Positions 39,488 through 48,482 of a DNA stretch of 64,000 nt are shown here, in pieces (position 1 is the first letter of the stretch; each line of letters starts with the position of its first letter). Location of the stretch: positions 70,773-134,772 of the forward strand of contig CAYNFP010000001.1 of the NCBI GenBank assembly GCA_964396655.1. The letters are read 5' to 3'. A program made the translations under genes and the position numbers. The stretch comes from an uncultured Muribaculaceae bacterium (GTDB lineage: Bacteria > Bacillota_I > Bacilli_A > RF39 > UBA660). The notes under the pieces were generated by a model. It made no database searches. It was not told the DNA's origin and was given only the letters and a program-made list of their open reading frames with translations.

Positions 39488-41941
39488 ATGATTATATTAG
39501 AAAATATTAATAAATATTTTAATAAACATAAGAAAAACCAGATTCATGTTATAAATAATACAAATCTTAAATTAGGTGATACTGGTTTGGTAGCATTACT
39601 TGGACCTTCTGGTAGTGGTAAAACCACCCTTTTAAATGTAATTGGTGGATTAGATAAAGTTGGTAAAGGTAAAATATATGTAAATAATCAAAGAATTACT
39701 AAAAAAACATCATCTAAAATAGATGATATTAGAAATTTAAATATGGGGTATATATTTCAAGATTATCATTTACTTGATAATATGAGCGTTTATGATAATG
39801 TAGCTTTAGTATTAAAAATGACTAATATCAAAAATAAAGATGAAATCAAAAAAAGAGTTGATTATGTACTAGAACGTGTAGGAATGTATAGATATAGAAA
39901 CAGAATGGCAGGTATGCTTTCTGGAGGAGAACGTCAAAGAGTTGGTATAGCAAGAGCTATAGTAAAAAATCCTTCTATAATAATCGCGGATGAACCAACA
40001 GGAAATCTTGATAGTAAAAACACTCTTGAAATAATGAATATAATTAAGTCTATATCTAATGATAAACTTGTTATTTTAGTAACTCATGAAAAAGACTTGG
40101 CTTACTTTTATGCCTCAAGAATTATTAATCTTAAAGATGGCGTAATTGTAAGTGATGAAGAAAATGATAGTGAAGGTGAATTAGATTATAGAATTGATAA
40201 TAAAATATATTTAAAAGATATTAAAAAACATACAGAGTTAAAAAAAGATAATATAGCTATAAATATATATAACGAAACTAAAGATAATGTGTCACTAGAT
40301 ATTGTTATAAAAAATGGAAATATATATTTAAAGACAGGAAATAAAGAAAAACTTGAGTTGGTTGATGAATCATCAAATATTGAATTTATCGATGATCATT
40401 ATAGAAAAATAAATAAAAGTGAATATGAGGATTATAATTTTGATTTTGATAAGATAATTAACAAAAATATAAAACAAAAATATACATCTATATATAATCC
40501 AATAACACTATTAATAAATGGATTTAAAAAAGTAATTAATTATCCATTCTTAAAAAAGATGTTATTATTAGGATTTTTAGTATCTGGAGCATTTATTTTA
40601 TATTCTATTAGTAACATATATGGAATATTAGATATTCAAGATGAAAAATTCGTAACTCAAAATAAAAATTATTTAAATTTAATATTAAATAAAATCAATG
40701 TTAATGATTATTTAAGTTATGAAAAGACAGAAAATGTTAATTATATTATTCCAGGAGATTCTTCAATTACTTTTAATATTAAGTATGAAGATTATTATCA
40801 GACAAGTAAAATAACAGATTCTATGACAGGTTCTTTAGCTAGTTTATCAATGATAACTAAAAAGAATTTAATATATGGAAGAATGCCTGAAAATGATTAT
40901 GAAATAGTTGTAGATAAAATGACTATTGAAAAATTATATGGAAATTATTTGGCTCAGCAAGCAGGATTAGTAAAAATAAAAGATATTCTTAATAGAAAAA
41001 TTTCTATTCAAAATATGGATGATTTTACTATAGTTGGAATATCTGACTTAAAAAGTCCAAGTATATATACTAATGAATCAGTTTTTATAAATATTTTATC
41101 TAATGGTGCTCAGTCTAATGTTGTTTATAGATATGAAGAAAAAATATCAATAGATGATGGTGGATATGGAAGTGAAGAAAAAGTAATTGATTATAATTTA
41201 TATAAAGATGAATTAAAATTAGTTAAAGGAAGATATCCTACAAATGATTATGAAGTATTAATAAATGAATCAAATAGTTATACTTATAAAATTGGCAAAT
41301 ATTTAGATATGAAGGTTAATGATAAAAAGTTAAAAGTTGTTGGATATTACCACGATAAACAAAACAGAACTCTATATTTAACAAACTTGAATACAGTAAA
41401 ATATGATTTAATAACTGATAGTGCTAATATTTCTCTATACTCAAAAGATAAAGCATCTTCCATAGATTATTTTAGAAGTCTTGGTGTTAATATAGAAGAT
41501 TCTTATGCTAAATCAAAAGAAAAATATATTAACAGTATAAAAGATTCAATAGTAATAACTTTAGTAATTGCAGGTGTAATATTATTAATTTCTCTTGTAG
41601 AGATATTCTTAATGGTTAGATCATCATTCTTATCAAGAGTAAAAGAAATTGGTATATTAAGAGCTATAGGACTTAAGAAAAAAGATATTTATAAAATGTT
41701 TTTAGGAGAAGTAATAGCTATAACTACTTTAGCAAGTGTACCTGGATACTTATTAATGATATATATATTAAATACATTAGTAACTTTACCCTTAATGAAA
41801 GATCAGTTCACATTAAATAGTAATGTACTTATAATAAGCATAATATTAATTTACTTATTTAATATATTGGTTGGATTACTTCCAGTATTTAATACTCTTA
41901 AGAAAACACCAGCCGCAATATTAAGCAGAACTGATATATAA
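39488..41941 (+). CDS. ABC transporter, fused ATP-binding domain plus MacB/FtsX-like permease (tandem paralog)
   Basis: GPSGSGKTT, LSGGERQR, IIIADEP. Same architecture as the upstream gene. 4-nt intergenic gap. Confidence 0.85.
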   Translation: MIILENINKYFNKHKKNQIHVINNTNLKLGDTGLVALLGPSGSGKTTLLNVIGGLDKVGKGKIYVNNQRITKKTSSKIDDIRNLNMGYIFQDYHLLDNMSVYDNVALVLKMTNIKNKDEIKKRVDYVLERVGMYRYRNRMAGMLSGGERQRVGIARAIVKNPSIIIADEPTGNLDSKNTLEIMNIIKSISNDKLVILVTHEKDLAYFYASRIINLKDGVIVSDEENDSEGELDYRIDNKIYLKDIKKHTELKKDNIAINIYNETKDNVSLDIVIKNGNIYLKTGNKEKLELVDESSNIEFIDDHYRKINKSEYEDYNFDFDKIINKNIKQKYTSIYNPITLLINGFKKVINYPFLKKMLLLGFLVSGAFILYSISNIYGILDIQDEKFVTQNKNYLNLILNKINVNDYLSYEKTENVNYIIPGDSSITFNIKYEDYYQTSKITDSMTGSLASLSMITKKNLIYGRMPENDYEIVVDKMTIEKLYGNYLAQQAGLVKIKDILNRKISIQNMDDFTIVGISDLKSPSIYTNESVFINILSNGAQSNVVYRYEEKISIDDGGYGSEEKVIDYNLYKDELKLVKGRYPTNDYEVLINESNSYTYKIGKYLDMKVNDKKLKVVGYYHDKQNRTLYLTNLNTVKYDLITDSANISLYSKDKASSIDYFRSLGVNIEDSYAKSKEKYINSIKDSIVITLVIAGVILLISLVEIFLMVRSSFLSRVKEIGILRAIGLKKKDIYKMFLGEVIAITTLASVPGYLLMIYILNTLVTLPLMKDQFTLNSNVLIISIILIYLFNILVGLLPVFNTLKKTPAAILSRTDI

Positions 41942-42138
41942 GAAGCATTTGCTTCTTTTTTTCTTTATTATGAAACAAATTTTATTGAAAAAGACAGTAA
42001 AAAATTTATAAATAATTATTTTTAATTAAAATATATTATAAAAAAATTGTTTAAAGTTTTTATTTTTTATACCAATTTGCCCCACTTCATTGACAGATGA
42101 GGCAAATTAGTATAAAATTATTTTGAGGTGAAGTTATT

Positions 42139-42681
42139 ATGTTATATTCTTATAAAGAGGCAGTAAAAAAATTGGGTTCAAAATATAAATTAAAGAAAGC
42201 ATTAAAAACAATAGCAATTTTTAAAATAGAGAAGGGACTATATAGTAATAAAAAAAATGTCAATCAATTTGAAATCATTAATAAAAAATTTCCTAATGCA
42301 ATTTTTACTTTAAATAGCGCATTTTTTTATTATGATTTAACCGATGTAATACCAGAAAAAACTTATCTTGCTATTAAAAGAGATTCTACAAAAATTAATA
42401 GCAAAAATATAATTCAAGTAAAAGTTATTGATTCATTATTTGATGTTGGAAAAAGCAACTTAACAATTGGTAATACTACCATTAAAATATATGATAAAGA
42501 AAGAATGTTAATTGAATTAATAAGAAATAGAAATTCTTTTGGTTTTGATTATTATAAAGAAATAATAAATAATTATAGGGAAATAAAGAATGAACTGGAT
42601 GTTTCTAAAATCTCTAATTATTTAAGTAAATTTCAAAATGAAGAACATTTGTATAACGTTATCATGAAAGAGATATATTGA
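42139..42681 (+). CDS. AbiEi-like antitoxin / transcriptional regulator (type IV TA, abortive infection)
   Basis: 180 aa with an N-terminal AbiEi-like region (KIEKGLYS). Overlaps the downstream nucleotidyltransferase by 4 bp. Confidence 0.55.
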   Translation: MLYSYKEAVKKLGSKYKLKKALKTIAIFKIEKGLYSNKKNVNQFEIINKKFPNAIFTLNSAFFYYDLTDVIPEKTYLAIKRDSTKINSKNIIQVKVIDSLFDVGKSNLTIGNTTIKIYDKERMLIELIRNRNSFGFDYYKEIINNYREIKNELDVSKISNYLSKFQNEEHLYNVIMKEIY

Positions 42682-43508
42682 TGAATATAAGTGAAACTCT
42701 TAATTTATATAAAGAAAAGGGATATAACGGGGATACTGCTATCTATAAAATGTGCCAAGATATAGTTTTGTCAAGAATTGCTTCTTCTTCGTTTAAAAAT
42801 AACGTAACTATAAAAGGCGGCATAGTTATGATGGAATTATCAAAAGACAATAGACGAGCTACAGTAGATATTGATGTTGATTTTATTAAATATTCTTTAG
42901 AAGATAAACTCATAGAAAAATTTATAGGTAAACTTTCAACTAATGAGTTAGTATTTAAAATAAGTGCACCAATAAAAAAGTTGCATCACCAAGATTATGA
43001 TGGCAAAAGAGTCTACATAGAAATAACTGATAAATATCAAAATAGCATTTCTACGAAAATCGATATAGGAGTACATAAAAATTTTGATATCAAACAAGAT
43101 GAATTATGCTTTGATTTAAATCTATTAAATGAAGGTATATCATTACTTGTAAACTCAAAGGAACAAATTTTTGTAGAAAAATTAAAATCTTTATTAAAAT
43201 TTGGAATTACTTCTACAAGATATAAGGATATTTTTGATTTGTATTTTTTAATTAATAAGAAAAATTTTGACAAAAATAGATGTTTATTATATATTGAGAA
43301 ATTAATATTAATGGATAATAAGTTAAATGAAAAAACTGTTTTCGAAGTTAATTCTTCAGTTAGTAGTATTTTACAAAATAAAGTATTTAAATCAAAACTA
43401 AGAAACTCAAAACATAACTGGTTAAATGTATCAATTGATGATGCAGTTGCTTCAATTCTAAAATATATAGAGTCACTTGAATTGGTTGGTGTAAAAAACG
43501 GAGTATAA
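42678..43508 (+). CDS. AbiEii/AbiGii-family nucleotidyltransferase toxin (DUF1814)
   Basis: IKGGIVMMELSKDNRRATVDIDVDF matches the GG...R.T.DID nucleotidyltransferase motif of the AbiEii family. Confidence 0.65.
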   Translation: MMNISETLNLYKEKGYNGDTAIYKMCQDIVLSRIASSSFKNNVTIKGGIVMMELSKDNRRATVDIDVDFIKYSLEDKLIEKFIGKLSTNELVFKISAPIKKLHHQDYDGKRVYIEITDKYQNSISTKIDIGVHKNFDIKQDELCFDLNLLNEGISLLVNSKEQIFVEKLKSLLKFGITSTRYKDIFDLYFLINKKNFDKNRCLLYIEKLILMDNKLNEKTVFEVNSSVSSILQNKVFKSKLRNSKHNWLNVSIDDAVASILKYIESLELVGVKNGV

Positions 43509-43945
43509 TAATATATTTTCCAATATAAAAGACAATTTAAATTTAAAACAGATTAACGAGTTAATTGAGGATTTGGAAAAATATAAAAACAATATCATCA
43601 ATAATTCAAATAATATTGTTTTAAATGAAGTTTATTCAAAAGAAGAAAAATTAAAAATTTTTACACCATATTTTATGGGGAGAGATGATGTTTATATTTA
43701 ATAAAAAGTATTATATTCCTGCGTGCACAAATGAGTGTAAAAAAAATATTTGTAACAAAACAATGCCCAAATCATGCAAGGCTGAGAAAATAAGCCATTA
43801 ATTAATAAAGAATATATTGATGAAATATCAAATAGGCTTAATTTAATGTTATAGAAGATAATTTAAAATTATCTTTTTTAATTTTTTTATTCCTTTTCAT
43901 TTAAACATATTTTTGATACAATTATATTAGAATAGGAGAGCTTAA

Positions 43946-46282
43946 ATGAATACTTTTAAAAAGAAAAAAATTACAAGCAATGAAATTGAATTACTAGATA
44001 TGTATTTTAGGGCTGCTAATTATTTAGCTGCTGGACAATTATATTTACTTGATAATCCCTTGCTTAAAAAGAAGCTAACAATTAAAGATTTGAAATCAAA
44101 GGTTGTGGGACACTGGGGAACTGTTCCTGGACAAAATTTTATATATACACATTTGAATAGAATTGTAAAAAATTATGATTTAAATATTTTATATGTTTCA
44201 GGACCAGGACATGGTGGGAATGGAATGGTTGCTAATGATTATTTGGATGGAAGTTATACTGAAATATATCCAAAAATAACTGAAGATGAAGCTGGAATGA
44301 AAAAGTTATTTAAACAATTTAGTTTTCCAGGAGGAATTTCTAGTCATGTTGCACCAGAAACACCAGGTTCTATAAATGAAGGAGGAGAACTTGGTTATTC
44401 TCTTGCTCATTCTTTTGGAGCAGTATTAGATAATCCTGATTTGATTATTGCTTGTGTTGTAGGTGATGGAGAAGCAGAGACTGGTCCACTTGCAACATCA
44501 TGGAATGGAAATAAATTTTTAAATCCTAAAACTGATGGAGTAGTTGTTCCAATTCTTCATTTAAATGGCTATAAAATAGCAAATCCAACAGTTATGGGAA
44601 GAATGTCTGATCAAGATTTAAAATCATTTTTTAAGGGTTTAAAATATGAACCAATTTTTGTAGAAGGCACCGATAGAAAATCTATGCATAAAAAAATGGC
44701 TAATGCTATGGATGAAGTTATTAAAAAAATAAATGTTATTAAAACTAAAGGTGAAGTTGAATATTGGCCAATGATAATATTAAGAAGTCCTAAAGGATGG
44801 ACAGGGCCAAAAGAATATGATGGAAAACCAATGGAAAATAGCTTTAGAGCACACCAAGTTCCGATTCCTGTAAGTGAAGATAATGTTACATTAATAGAAA
44901 AATGGTTAAAAAGTTATCATCCAGAAGAATTATTTGATAATAATGGTTCTTTAATTAAAGAAATAAAAGAAATTTTACCAAAAGGAAATAAAAGAATTGG
45001 AATGAATCCTCATTCTAATGGTGGCAATTTATTAAAAGAAATAATTACTCCTGATATCAATAAATATGAATTTAAAATTGAAAAAAGAGGAATGCAGTAT
45101 ACAAGTGATATGTATAATTTAGGCTTTTATATTAAAGACTTAATTTCTTTAAATGAATCAAATAAAAATTATATGATTTTTGGACCTGATGAAGCTTTAT
45201 CAAATAAATTAAATCAAGTATTTGAAGTTACTAAAAGAAAATGGAATATGAATACTTTTGCTAATGATGAATATATGTCAACAAAGGGAAGAATTGTTGA
45301 TAGTATGCTCTCTGAACATTTATGTGAAGGAATGTTAGAAGGATATTTATTAACTGGAAGACATGGGTTCTTTCATAGTTATGAAGCATTTATTAGAATA
45401 GTGGATTCAATGACTTCTCAACATGCAAAATGGTTAAAAGTTACTAAAGAACTTCCTTGGAGGAAACCAATTTCTTCACTCAATTATATATTAACTTCTC
45501 ATGTTTGGCAGCAAGATCATAATGGTTTTACTCATCAAGATCCAGGATTTTTAAATCATATATTAACCAAAAAAGCTGATACTGTAAGAATGTATTTACC
45601 ATTTGATACAAATACATTAATATCATCATTTGATCATATTGTAAAAACGAAAAATTATATAAATGTAATAGTAGCTTCTAAACATGAAAGACCACAATGG
45701 TTATCAATGAAAGAAGCTATTGAACATTGCACAAAGGGTATTGATATATTGTCTTGGGCAAGTAATGATAAAGGGAAACCAGATATAATACTTGCTTGTG
45801 CTGGAGATACTCCAACTCTTGAAGTATTAGCGGCAACAACAATTCTTAGAAAAAATCTACCTAATTTAAAAATTAGAGTTATAAATGTAGTTGACTTGTT
45901 TAAATTAGAGTCAAGTAAAGATCATCCTCATGGATTAACAGAAACAGAATATAACAAATTATTTCCAAGTGATGTGCCTGTAATATTTAATTTTCATGGA
46001 TATCCAAGTTTAATACATCAACTTACTTACAAAAGAGATAATCATGATAATATTCATGTAAAAGGTTATAATGAAGAAGGTACAATAACAACACCTTTTG
46101 ATATGAGAGTACAAAATAAAATCGATAGATTTAATGTTGTTATTTCTGCTTTAAAATATGTAGAAATAGAAGACAAAGATAAATTAATCGAATGGTGTAA
46201 AGATAAGTTAAATGAACATCAACTTTACACTAGAGAGTATGGTTCTGATATTCCAGAAGTAGTTAATTGGAAATGGGAATAA
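43946..46282 (+). CDS. xfp: phosphoketolase (xylulose-5-P / fructose-6-P)
   Basis: 778 aa. GHWGT, SGPGHGG and EGGELGY motifs of the XFP family. Confidence 0.9.
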   Translation: MNTFKKKKITSNEIELLDMYFRAANYLAAGQLYLLDNPLLKKKLTIKDLKSKVVGHWGTVPGQNFIYTHLNRIVKNYDLNILYVSGPGHGGNGMVANDYLDGSYTEIYPKITEDEAGMKKLFKQFSFPGGISSHVAPETPGSINEGGELGYSLAHSFGAVLDNPDLIIACVVGDGEAETGPLATSWNGNKFLNPKTDGVVVPILHLNGYKIANPTVMGRMSDQDLKSFFKGLKYEPIFVEGTDRKSMHKKMANAMDEVIKKINVIKTKGEVEYWPMIILRSPKGWTGPKEYDGKPMENSFRAHQVPIPVSEDNVTLIEKWLKSYHPEELFDNNGSLIKEIKEILPKGNKRIGMNPHSNGGNLLKEIITPDINKYEFKIEKRGMQYTSDMYNLGFYIKDLISLNESNKNYMIFGPDEALSNKLNQVFEVTKRKWNMNTFANDEYMSTKGRIVDSMLSEHLCEGMLEGYLLTGRHGFFHSYEAFIRIVDSMTSQHAKWLKVTKELPWRKPISSLNYILTSHVWQQDHNGFTHQDPGFLNHILTKKADTVRMYLPFDTNTLISSFDHIVKTKNYINVIVASKHERPQWLSMKEAIEHCTKGIDILSWASNDKGKPDIILACAGDTPTLEVLAATTILRKNLPNLKIRVINVVDLFKLESSKDHPHGLTETEYNKLFPSDVPVIFNFHGYPSLIHQLTYKRDNHDNIHVKGYNEEGTITTPFDMRVQNKIDRFNVVISALKYVEIEDKDKLIEWCKDKLNEHQLYTREYGSDIPEVVNWKWE

Positions 46283-46375
46283 AGATTGTTTTTACAATCT
46301 TTTTTTGACAATAAATAAACAAAGTGTAATAATAGTATTAAAGAGAGAAATATTATAATTTAAGGAGTTAATATT

Positions 46376-46639
46376 ATGAATAAAGAAGTTTTTGAAGCAA
46401 ATATGGAAAGTGAAAGTGGCTACAGATATACTTCTGGTACATGTACATATGATGAACTAAACCCAAGAGACACTGGAGTTAAAGTTATTATTTCTTCTCG
46501 AAAATATCAACAGCCATTAAGACCAAAAGACCAAGCAGAACTGAAACCTGAAGTTGCTGAAGAAATCTCAAAACCAATTGATAATTCTAGAGAATTAAAA
46601 AGGACTAGAAGTTTCAGATTTTTTAAAAAAGGCAAATAA
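46376..46639 (+). CDS. small paralog family protein P1 (unknown function)
   Basis: N-terminus MNKEVFEANMESE, related to the M[DN]xE[IV]xxAN[RH]EN motif of the five downstream genes. Preceded by an AAGGAG RBS. Confidence 0.5.
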   Translation: MNKEVFEANMESESGYRYTSGTCTYDELNPRDTGVKVIISSRKYQQPLRPKDQAELKPEVAEEISKPIDNSRELKRTRSFRFFKKGK

Positions 46640-46686
46640 AAAATATTTATTAAAAAACTTAAAGGGGGCCTTAAGGAGGAATTATT

Positions 46687-46950
46687 ATGGATTTAGCAAT
46701 AGCAAGAGCAAATCATGAAGGTTTAACTGGAAGAGAAAATTGGCGTGGCTTTGATGTTCCGGACTTACCAACAGAAGCGAATGAAACACATTCCGGATGC
46801 TTTGGAGCAGCTTCAAATGAGCCTGAGGTTTATAGTGGTTGTTTTGGAGGACAAACTGAACAAGGATCAAAAGGATTCACACTTCAATTACTACCATCAT
46901 ATTCAAAAACTTTATTAAGAAATTTAGAGGAAGGCGGAAAATTAAGGTAA
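46687..46950 (+). CDS. small paralog family protein P2
   Basis: N-terminus MDLAIARANHEG. Two SGCFG repeats. GGAGG RBS. Confidence 0.5.
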   Translation: MDLAIARANHEGLTGRENWRGFDVPDLPTEANETHSGCFGAASNEPEVYSGCFGGQTEQGSKGFTLQLLPSYSKTLLRNLEEGGKLR

Positions 46951-46954
46951 TATT

Positions 46955-47314
46955 ATGGATGAAGAAATAGCAAAAGCAAATCGTGAAAATAGTAGAATAA
47001 GTTATTTGCCAACCACACCGCCGCCACGCAACTTGCACGGTATTAAAGTGGTACATCTTGATCCAAGTCTTTATAGTACATTAGAAAGAAATATGGGATT
47101 GCCAGGGGAATTGAAATCAAGCCCACTTAATGTTAGAAGTGAAAATGATAGAATACAATATATAAATTCACATATATCGGCAAGTAAATCACAAGGACTT
47201 GAAGCAGTGTCTGCTCCTGAAACTTTTTATCGTAAACTAGAAACTCTTATGTTTCCAGAAGATGGTGAAGAAATTTTTGCACCATCTGGCAATTCCAGAA
47301 AATTAGAAAGATAA
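46955..47314 (+). CDS. small paralog family protein P3
   Basis: N-terminus MDEEIAKANRENSR. C-terminus ...FAPSGNSRKLER. Confidence 0.55.
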   Translation: MDEEIAKANRENSRISYLPTTPPPRNLHGIKVVHLDPSLYSTLERNMGLPGELKSSPLNVRSENDRIQYINSHISASKSQGLEAVSAPETFYRKLETLMFPEDGEEIFAPSGNSRKLER

Positions 47315-47373
47315 GAATATTATTTTGGGTATTTAAATTGACAATAGAAAAGAAATAAAATTAAGGAGAAGAT

Positions 47374-47688
47374 ATGAATAGAGAAGTATATGATGCAAAT
47401 CGTGAAAATGGTAGACTTAGATTTGGCTTTAGTACAAGAGATAGCGGACTAATAATACCACTTGATCCAGAACTACAAGAAGAAATACGAACAAGTCGTA
47501 AAAAAGATGGAGTAGTATTTCCCCCTATTGGTTTCGGACTTGCTAGAAGAATGATTCACCACACTCCAGAAGAATTTGAAAAGGTAGAAAAAACTATTAT
47601 GAGTGGTTTAGCAAGTGGTGCTGTTTTAGGAATTGAAGAAAAAATTTCTGCACCATCTGGCAATTCCAGAAAATTAGAAAGGAAATAA
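47374..47688 (+). CDS. small paralog family protein P4
   Basis: N-terminus MNREVYDANRENGR. C-terminus ...SAPSGNSRKLERK. A 32-nt 3'-end block is identical to P3. Confidence 0.55.
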   Translation: MNREVYDANRENGRLRFGFSTRDSGLIIPLDPELQEEIRTSRKKDGVVFPPIGFGLARRMIHHTPEEFEKVEKTIMSGLASGAVLGIEEKISAPSGNSRKLERK

Positions 47689-47691
47689 AAT

Positions 47692-47949
47692 ATGGACTAT
47701 ACAATATCACAAGCAAATAGAGAAAATAATAAATCGTTTTTTTCTTATGAGCCGGTTCCAATCCCACCGCGAAACAAATATGGCTGGGGGTCGGGATTTT
47801 TTGATCCTACTCCAATGCCAAAAGAAGAAGAGCAAAGTCATTTGAAAGTTGTTGAGGGTGCTGAAGAACTTCATGCATTACTCGATGATTCATTTTTTAA
47901 TCCCACATTTAACTTAACTTTAAGCAAATGTAAAAAAGGCGGTGTTTAA
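47692..47949 (+). CDS. small paralog family protein P5
   Basis: N-terminus MDYTISQANRENNK. Shares a PxPPRN motif with P3. Confidence 0.5.
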   Translation: MDYTISQANRENNKSFFSYEPVPIPPRNKYGWGSGFFDPTPMPKEEEQSHLKVVEGAEELHALLDDSFFNPTFNLTLSKCKKGGV

Positions 47950-47951
47950 AT

Positions 47952-48230
47952 ATGGCTTTTAAAGCTTTTGAAAATTCACTTTCAAAAACCATTTGGCAAA
48001 CTTATAATCATAATGAGCCTGATGAATTTGGTCATCTCCCTGGGGTTCACTATTATCCTCGTAGTAATTCTCATCCATTTGTTTCGTTTGATAGAAATCC
48101 CGAAAACTATATTACAATTTCACATATCCCAAATATGCCAAGTATTGTTAATCACCCTTTATATAAAAAGGCATTATTGATGCCAGAAAAAGATGAAGAA
48201 GCATTATGCAGAAAAAGAAAATTATATTAA
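47952..48230 (+). CDS. small protein P6 (last gene of the small-gene array; family membership weak)
   Basis: N-terminus MAFKAFENS. Translationally coupled (2-nt gap) to P5. Confidence 0.4.
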   Translation: MAFKAFENSLSKTIWQTYNHNEPDEFGHLPGVHYYPRSNSHPFVSFDRNPENYITISHIPNMPSIVNHPLYKKALLMPEKDEEALCRKRKLY

Positions 48231-48291
48231 AATATAGAAAAAATGGAAATATAGTATCATCAATTGTTTTGAAGTTACAAAAAACATTATT

Positions 48292-48320
48292 ATTGACAAT
48301 TTAAGTGAAAGTTGTATAAT
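48292..48320 (+). promoter_or_regulatory. sigmaA-like promoter for the aspS leader
   Basis: TTGACA at 48292-48297, a 17-nt spacer, then TATAAT at 48315-48320. Confidence 0.55.
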
Positions 48321-48329
48321 TTATTTATA

Positions 48330-48470
48330 AATTGTTTCTTTGGAGTGACACAAAGATTTAAAAGACAATAGTTAGTCAGCTTTAATGATATTAAAGAGCA
48401 TAGAAATCTATGAAGTAAGGTGGTACCGCGGTAATTCGTCCTTATAAATTATAGATTTTTTTATTTTATA
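48330..48470 (+). ncRNA. T-box riboswitch leader, Asp-specific (GAC specifier)
   Basis: Conserved T-box sequence AAGTAAGGTGGTACCGCGG at 48413-48431. Specifier-loop-like GGAGTGACACAAAG with GAC. Terminator-like AAATCTAT...ATAGATTTTTTT. Directly upstream of aspS. Confidence 0.7.
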
Positions 48471-48482
48471 GGAGGGAAAAAA

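Noticed and set aside
47968-48180. 70-aa + strand ORF overlapping P6 in another frame.
   Set aside because: Hydrophobic low-complexity translation. P6 in the other frame is translationally coupled to the array and fits the gene spacing.
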